Of a DNA stretch of 11,097 nt, positions 5,740 to 11,097 are shown one piece after another; position 1 is the first letter of the stretch, and each line of letters starts with the position of its first letter. This DNA is from Candidatus Hermodarchaeota archaeon (GTDB lineage: Archaea > Asgardarchaeota > Hermodarchaeia > Hermodarchaeales > Hermodarchaeaceae). The DNA is taken from assembly GCA_016839365.1 (NCBI GenBank), contig JAEOUH010000091.1, positions 1 through 11,097 of the forward strand, read 5' to 3'. The position numbers and the translations under genes are program-made. The notes beneath the pieces were generated by a model. The model had not been told where the DNA came from. It ran no database searches and saw only the letters and a list, made by a program, of their open reading frames with translations.

Positions 5740-6297
5740 TTGAAAACTAGCAAGGAGGCACTTATCATAACCACCACGGAATCTGAAAATAACGTCGCTT
5801 GGGAAGGGGTCCTTACATGTACCTGTGGACGACCCTACATTCTCCTCAAAGTCGATGAAGTTCAGGTTTCAAAGGATCAGGAACTCCAACCCATCGCCGC
5901 CTACGTCCGCTGTCCAGTTCATCGCCGCGTTCGTCGTATCTTTCTACCTTACAGTCGATTAAGCGAATGGATTGGAGCCGTAGCAAACAGGCTCTTTAGA
6001 TGCAACACTTGCGGCGAAAAGGCTCGACCTAAACGGTCTGGGGTAAAGGGGCATTTTACAGGTGTCTTACTTGAGTGTCCCACCCATGGAATTAATGACA
6101 ACAAACGCATTCTTTGGAGCCCCATTTATACCTCTGCAAAAGCGGTAAACGAAATCCACATGGCCGAATCTTTGCCCCTCCAAGACCTCTTCGATGAGCC
6201 CGATGAAAAATCCGCCCTCATTTGCCCACGGTGCCAAACTGAAAATGATGCCGACTCCCGATTTTGTGCCTATTGTGGCACTCAATTCCAATTGTGA
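5740..6297 (+). CDS. Multi-metal-ribbon protein: two tandem Cys-Cys...CPxH units plus C-terminal CxxC-x10-CxxC zinc ribbon; start uncertain (5677, 5740 or 5764/5767)
   Basis: CTCG...CPVH, CNTCG...CPTHG, then an acidic linker and CPRC-QTENDADSRF-CAYCG. Confidence 0.8.
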   Translation: MKTSKEALIITTTESENNVAWEGVLTCTCGRPYILLKVDEVQVSKDQELQPIAAYVRCPVHRRVRRIFLPYSRLSEWIGAVANRLFRCNTCGEKARPKRSGVKGHFTGVLLECPTHGINDNKRILWSPIYTSAKAVNEIHMAESLPLQDLFDEPDEKSALICPRCQTENDADSRFCAYCGTQFQL

Positions 6298-6311
6298 TCT
6301 CTGGTCCTGAA

Positions 6312-7343
6312 TTAGCGTTCAACGGACAAGTTAATCGCCGTCTCAGAAATATCAGATCCATACTCCGCAATCCGTCGAAGGCTCTCCAACGCTAAGCGAA
6401 GGTTCACCACAGATTCAACTGGATGTTTTCCGCTTAGCAACTGGCGAATTCCGGCGTCCTCAAGCTGTATTATTTCATTGACACGATGAATTGTCTTATG
6501 GGCTAATGGCACATCCAACGCTCGAAGGGCTTTCAGGGCATCTTGGAACACAGTACCTGATAGTTGATGCATCTTCGTAAATGTATTCGCCAAAGGAGAT
6601 TTCTCCGGAAGCTGAGTAGAGGCCGCAATGGATGCGATGCGAGTCGCATGATCTCCAGCTCGTTCAATGCTCTTTACTACCATCCGGTATCCTAAACAAG
6701 CTTGAGGACTTGTCAATCCAATCTTACGAATATGGTCTGTACGACCAACAGCCGCGGTTAATTGGCGAACAATATAGAAGTAGAAGCGATCCACCTCAGG
6801 GTCTCGCTGCATCACCTCTTCAGCTAAGCGCTCATCTCCTTCTAGTAACGCGATTACCCCATCATTCTGCATGGACTGTACAAGGGCCTCCATGCGCTCC
6901 AAGGCGTTTAAGAGTGGCAAGTTCGCTTGTCCCAAAAAGCACTGCACCGCAATTTTCTCGGTGGTTTCAGAGACGATTTCAGCTCCTATCAGTAGCCGGC
7001 GAATAGCATCTTTCACTACAACACGCTGATCCGCTTTCACATACTGCAAATCAAGTTGGATTATGTCAAATCCCGCCAAATACTGCGTGATAAAATTCCG
7101 AACAATATCTTCCGTGTGCAGACCTTTCGGGATTTTAACATGGCTCTCAGTAAGCGTTGCCCCCTCAGAAGACGCCGCGGTGTAGACAAGTAAGGAGTAT
7201 CGGTCTAATGGCACTAATTGTACCTCGCTTTTTGGTTTCAACCCTGCATTCTTGGCCCAATTCTTTGGAAGGGAAACGATAAAGGTGCCTTCTTCTCCTT
7301 TTTTCCCGCCGGTGACTTGGACTTTTCGAGTTTCCGTCGACAT
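6312..7343 (-). CDS. phoU: Archaeal phosphate uptake regulator: N-terminal AbrB/SpoVT-like DNA-binding domain plus two PhoU repeats
   Basis: RKVQVTGG...FIVSLPKNW (AbrB-like), YLAGFDII, RDPEVDRFY, KSIERAGDHA, ESLRRIAEYGSDISE (PhoU repeats). Confidence 0.9.
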   Translation of the reverse strand: MSTETRKVQVTGGKKGEEGTFIVSLPKNWAKNAGLKPKSEVQLVPLDRYSLLVYTAASSEGATLTESHVKIPKGLHTEDIVRNFITQYLAGFDIIQLDLQYVKADQRVVVKDAIRRLLIGAEIVSETTEKIAVQCFLGQANLPLLNALERMEALVQSMQNDGVIALLEGDERLAEEVMQRDPEVDRFYFYIVRQLTAAVGRTDHIRKIGLTSPQACLGYRMVVKSIERAGDHATRIASIAASTQLPEKSPLANTFTKMHQLSGTVFQDALKALRALDVPLAHKTIHRVNEIIQLEDAGIRQLLSGKHPVESVVNLRLALESLRRIAEYGSDISETAINLSVER

Positions 7344-7480
7344 ACTAATCCGTCCAATAGTATAGCTTTTGTAGTATAGAAACTACTCAATATATATAGA
7401 TTACTTAGAAAAATTATATATGTGTCTTCGAATCGAAAGCGCCCTAAATCAACTCTTACGATTTTTCGGAGAGCCATTCC

Positions 7481-9139
7481 ATGCAAGTCATAGACACTGT
7501 AGCCATCGTATTCACAATCGTCGGTGGTCTTGCGCTTTTCATGTATGGTGTTAAATCGCTTAGCGATAGTTTGGCGAAAATAACGGGTCCCCGAGTTGTC
7601 AAAATTCTGGAAAAGGCTACAGATAATCCCGTAAAAGGAATGGGTGTGGGAACCGCCACGACAATCATGACACAGAGTTCTAGTATCACGGTTTTAACAC
7701 TAATAGGAATGGTCAATGCGGGGATTATGACATTTCGACAATCTGTTAATGTCATGCTGGGGTCAGAAATCGGAACTACAATCACAGCACAGATTGTCTC
7801 GTTTAATATTGGATTAGCATATTTTCCACTAATTGCTATAGCCTTCTTTGTCGGATTTCTCTCTAAGAATGAGAAAGTGAAATTTGTAGCAAAAGTAGCC
7901 TTCAGCTTAGGCTTGCTCTTTCTTGCAATGGATATCATGGCATTGGGAATAGAACCCCTAGTGAATCTCCCGATTTTCGTTTATCTAATCAATACCTTTG
8001 GACAGAATCCCTTATTTGGGGTTCTAATAGGCACCTTGATATCGGGTGTGACTCAAAGCAGTTCGGCAACCACGAGCTTGGTGATCGCATTTGGGAAGGC
8101 AGGGGCTATCAATTTGGAGACGGCAATCGCCACCGTTTTGGGTGCCAATATTGGCACCACGTTCTTAGAGTTATTTGCAGCGATTGGAGCGACACGGCCA
8201 GCGAAACGCACTGCTTTGGCTCAGGCTATGATAAACATAGTTGGGGTTATCATTTTTCTACCTTTTATTTTGCCCTTCGCAGAGCTTGTGCGTTTGACTG
8301 CCCTAGATCTTGCCCGTCAAATAGCGAATGCACACACAATTTTCAATGTACTTGTAAGCCTACTGTTTATTCCGTTCGTTGGTGCACTCGTGTGGTTCTG
8401 CGAACGAGTAATCCCCAAGAAGGAAGGCGAATTCAAGCCGAGGCATTTCTTTGATGAAAAAATGCTTAATTTCGCTCAACTTGCTTTACGAGAGGCAGAG
8501 AGAGAAGTTACTAGCATTGCTGATAAAACCCTTACAATGCTAAACCTTAGTAAATCGGCGATAGTTGATGAGAACCTAAATGCAGCCAACGAAGTGCTTG
8601 ACTTAGAAGATGAAGTGGATTCATATTGCGATGAAACCGAACTCTTCATTGATAAGATCAGAGAAGAGGATTTAGCAGAAAGGCAGAAGTTATGGCGCAT
8701 CAAATTACTGAACATAATTGTTGATATTGAACGCATAGGGGATATGACAAATAACCTAGCTGAATTTAGTATTCGTCGCTCCACTGACCAAATCCCATTC
8801 TCTGAGAAGGCAAAAGAGGAATTAGCCGAGTTATTTGAAAAAGTTGCCGAAACTTATGTTACCGCTATAAAGGCAATGAAACAAAAAAGTGAATTACTGG
8901 CTCAACGAGCGGTAGAGCTAGAAGACGAAGTCGATGTCTTAGAACGAAAATCCAAACGCGCTCACATAAAACGGACCTCGGAAGGCATTTGCGCACCAGA
9001 AGCCGATGTGATGTTCACCGAAATGCTTCGGAACCTAGAAAGAATCGGCGATCATGCCGACAACATCGCATACGATATTCTTGATACATTCTTCAATCAT
9101 GAAAGGATAGGAACCCGAAAAAGAGCACTCAAATTTTGA
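7481..9139 (+). CDS. Na+/Pi cotransporter (NptA/YjbB, SLC34-like) with C-terminal PhoU-like domain
   Basis: Two QSSS signatures (TQSSSITV, TQSSSATT), GSEIGTT / GANIGTT, ANAHTIFN, hydrophobic N-terminal half. C-terminal EDEVD, DIERIGD and NLERIGDHADNIA PhoU motifs. Confidence 0.93.
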   Translation: MQVIDTVAIVFTIVGGLALFMYGVKSLSDSLAKITGPRVVKILEKATDNPVKGMGVGTATTIMTQSSSITVLTLIGMVNAGIMTFRQSVNVMLGSEIGTTITAQIVSFNIGLAYFPLIAIAFFVGFLSKNEKVKFVAKVAFSLGLLFLAMDIMALGIEPLVNLPIFVYLINTFGQNPLFGVLIGTLISGVTQSSSATTSLVIAFGKAGAINLETAIATVLGANIGTTFLELFAAIGATRPAKRTALAQAMINIVGVIIFLPFILPFAELVRLTALDLARQIANAHTIFNVLVSLLFIPFVGALVWFCERVIPKKEGEFKPRHFFDEKMLNFAQLALREAEREVTSIADKTLTMLNLSKSAIVDENLNAANEVLDLEDEVDSYCDETELFIDKIREEDLAERQKLWRIKLLNIIVDIERIGDMTNNLAEFSIRRSTDQIPFSEKAKEELAELFEKVAETYVTAIKAMKQKSELLAQRAVELEDEVDVLERKSKRAHIKRTSEGICAPEADVMFTEMLRNLERIGDHADNIAYDILDTFFNHERIGTRKRALKF

Positions 9140-9159
9140 GAAGGCAATATACCCAACTC

Positions 9160-10248
9160 TCATTTTAGTAAGCTCAGTTCATGCATAGGCAGTGCTTCCC
9201 CGATATGATTATCTCTGCCCGTTAGAGTGGTAGCCATGAAGAGTGCATTCAAAATGGCTTCTTCCGTCGTTTCAACAACGGCACCAAAAAATGGGGTAAG
9301 CAAACTTTCTTTTAGCTGCGTTCGATTGACCACAAGCGACTCGGTGGTTTGTTCCTCTTGAGATGCCGTACTAAAGGCAATGACAAAATCCCCGCTTCCA
9401 TGACTGACAACGCTACCTGTGCGACCAATACCAATAACCGCACGACGTGCAAGTCGCTGCAATTGCCTTGATGACAATGGTGCATCAGTGGCCACTACCA
9501 CAATTATCGATCCCCCTTCTACAGATCCTCGATCTGGATTGGTCTCTTCTTTTTGTAAGTTTGTAAATCGTACCCCATCTACAATTAGGTCACCTTGTCG
9601 ACCACAATTGGGCACTACTAAGCTGCCAACGATGAATCCGCCATGTTTCGGAGATAAGATGCGTGAAGCTGTACCGATGCCACTCTTGTAACCATATGCC
9701 ATCATCCCTGTACCTGCCCCCACACATCCTTCTTGGACTTCTTTACGGGCGTTTTGTATCGCATTAATGACGTGAGGAGTACGCACATGGCGGCCCTGTA
9801 CATCGTTGAGGTATCCATCGTGGCATTCTGCAACGATCGGATTCGGTGTTTTTTTCGAAATCCCTGCCTGGGGGTTTTCCCTTATCTGGTATTCCGTCAC
9901 AGCATCCTCGACCAATCCCACATTCAAAGTACTTGTAATGAGAATCGGGCAGTCAATTCGTCCTAGTTCTAATAATTGCGCAAGCCCTACGGCTTTTCCA
10001 TACCCGTTAATGATGTGCACGGTTCCGGTAACTGGTTCTTCGTACAAATTGCCTTGGTGTGGTAATATGGCCGTTACACCAGTACGGATTGGTCCTTTAC
10101 CCGGAATGAGCTGCCCGGATCCTTTAATGAGCGTCGTGTGTCCCACCACAACACCAAGCACATCACTAATCGCATTCAATTTGCCCGGTGTTAAGGATCC
10201 AATCCGAATACCTATCTCACGTGCGCGTTTTCGTGTAGCTGATGACAT
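9160..10248 (-). CDS. dmpA: DmpA-like aminopeptidase (peptidase family S58/P1)
   Basis: NAISDV.GV.VGH, RTGVTAILP, NGYGK, PIVAECHDGYLND, EGCVGAGTGM, Gly|Ser autoprocessing site GG|SIIVVVATDAPL, HGSGD, EEAILNAL. ATG at 10248 preferred over GTG at 10260. Confidence 0.92.
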   Translation of the reverse strand: MSSATRKRAREIGIRIGSLTPGKLNAISDVLGVVVGHTTLIKGSGQLIPGKGPIRTGVTAILPHQGNLYEEPVTGTVHIINGYGKAVGLAQLLELGRIDCPILITSTLNVGLVEDAVTEYQIRENPQAGISKKTPNPIVAECHDGYLNDVQGRHVRTPHVINAIQNARKEVQEGCVGAGTGMMAYGYKSGIGTASRILSPKHGGFIVGSLVVPNCGRQGDLIVDGVRFTNLQKEETNPDRGSVEGGSIIVVVATDAPLSSRQLQRLARRAVIGIGRTGSVVSHGSGDFVIAFSTASQEEQTTESLVVNRTQLKESLLTPFFGAVVETTEEAILNALFMATTLTGRDNHIGEALPMHELSLLK

Positions 10249-10342
10249 TGTTCGCCCCACAGGGTGCCAGGGAACCGAAAGCTTAATTTATTGCGGTTGA
10301 TAACTCCGAAGGCTGGAGCCGTGAAGAGCTACCAAAGACTGC

Positions 10343-10356
10343 GAAAGCCTTAAGTA
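10343..10356 (+). promoter_or_regulatory. BRE/TATA promoter for the 23S rRNA transcription unit
   Basis: GAAAG-CC-TTAAGTA about 165 nt upstream of the 23S 5' end, followed by a structured leader. Confidence 0.65.
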
Positions 10357-10521
10357 GCTCAATGTGCGTCCCTCCTTTTCCTACCAATTCAGCCCTTATG
10401 CTCGGCATATGGGCGTCGAGCCTAGGAGGACCCGTCCTCTCCTCGGTTCTCACGATGATGGCTATGCATAGGTCGTATACCCTGGATAACGCCAGTCAGA
10501 ATCAGTGTGGGTTCTAAGTAG

Positions 10522-11097
10522 TACCAACACAACAACGCCACTTGGTGGATGACTAGGCTTGGGCGCCGACGAAGGCCGTGACAAGCTGCGATAAGCTGTG
10601 GGGTGGTGCATGTAGCCTTATCCACAGATCGCCGAATAGGACTTCCTGGCGTACGCTAATAACGTGCGTCGCTCCTTTCGTAGGAGTGGGAACGCCCCGA
10701 ACTGAAACATCTTACTAGGGGCAGGAAAAGAAATCAAATGAGATTCCCTGAGTAACGGCGAGCGAAAAGGGAAAAGGGCAAACTGAATCCGCGTAGGAAA
10801 CTCCGTGGAGATGTAGTGTTGTAGGGCCCGGCCGCGACCTCGCTGCGAAAGCCAAAGGATCCTGAAAAGTTTCGCCATAGAGGGTGATAGCCCCGTAGGC
10901 GTAACACAGCAGGTTTTGGGCTGGAGTCCCTGATTACTGCGGGTTGGAAATCCCGTAGGAAGCTGGGAAGCATCGATTCCCAACCCTAAATACGTCCCAA
11001 GACCGATAGTGCACTAGTACCGTGAGGGAAAGTTGAAAAGCACCCCGGAAGGGAGGTGCAAAGCGCCTGAAACCAAGTGGTTACAGTTGGACATGGC
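10522..11097 (+). rRNA. rrl: 23S rRNA, 5' portion (runs off the window; 5' end approximate)
   Basis: Conserved LSU domain I sequences GGTGGATG, GCCGACGAAGG, AAGCTGCGATAAGC, GAACTGAAACATCTTA, GTAACGGCGAGCGAA, CTAAATAC, GACCGATAG, GTACCGTGAGGGAAAG, CCTGAAACC, of archaeal type. Confidence 0.97.

Noticed and set aside
4905-6297. MTase plus downstream Cys-rich ORF as a restriction-modification pair
   Set aside because: The downstream protein shows no convincing HNH, PD-(D/E)xK or GIY-YIG catalytic pattern, and appears to have its own promoter.
7481-9139. Apparently lower GC of the Na+/Pi transporter gene as a sign of horizontal transfer
   Set aside because: Judged by eye only. T-rich codons of a membrane protein can explain it, and no mobility signatures flank the gene.
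592-10300. Remaining nested or antisense ORFs (592-858, 2085-2312, 2127-2369, 2576-2779, 3802-4026, 4101-4361, 4627-4839, 4966-5157, 5433-5627, 6067-6291, 6632-7006, 7238-7486, 7456-7938, 8476-8784, 9419-9691, 9733-9966, 9806-10300)
   Set aside because: Each overlaps a confidently identified gene in another frame or strand and shows no recognisable motif.
10422-10983. Minus-strand ORFs 10422-10625, 10618-10983 and 10734-10973
   Set aside because: Antisense shadows of the 23S rRNA and its leader.

Overview
Archaeal chromosomal window, mostly housekeeping and stable-RNA genes. In order: tRNA-Lys(UUU) split by two introns (- strand, CCA encoded), a small hypothetical ORF, a stand-alone Lrp/AsnC ligand-binding protein, bifunctional NAD(P)HX epimerase/dehydratase, Tsr3, an RNase P RNA gene not represented in the ORF track, endonuclease III, a Rab-like small GTPase, an orphan SPPY-type DNA methyltransferase, a multi-metal-ribbon protein, a divergent AbrB-PhoU regulator / Na+:Pi cotransporter pair, a DmpA (S58) peptidase, and the 5' part of a 23S rRNA gene with its own promoter and no 16S gene upstream. 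The Rab-like GTPase plus the unlinked 23S gene suggest an Asgard archaeon (inference). The most unusual signals are in the tRNA (a D-loop intron splitting G18/G19, and a 64-nt anticodon intron that can fold as a cloverleaf with complementary loops and can alternatively pair with the anticodon) and in the GTPase-MTase-Cys3His ribbon cluster. No mobile element or CRISPR array was seen. All folds and motifs were identified by eye, not computed.
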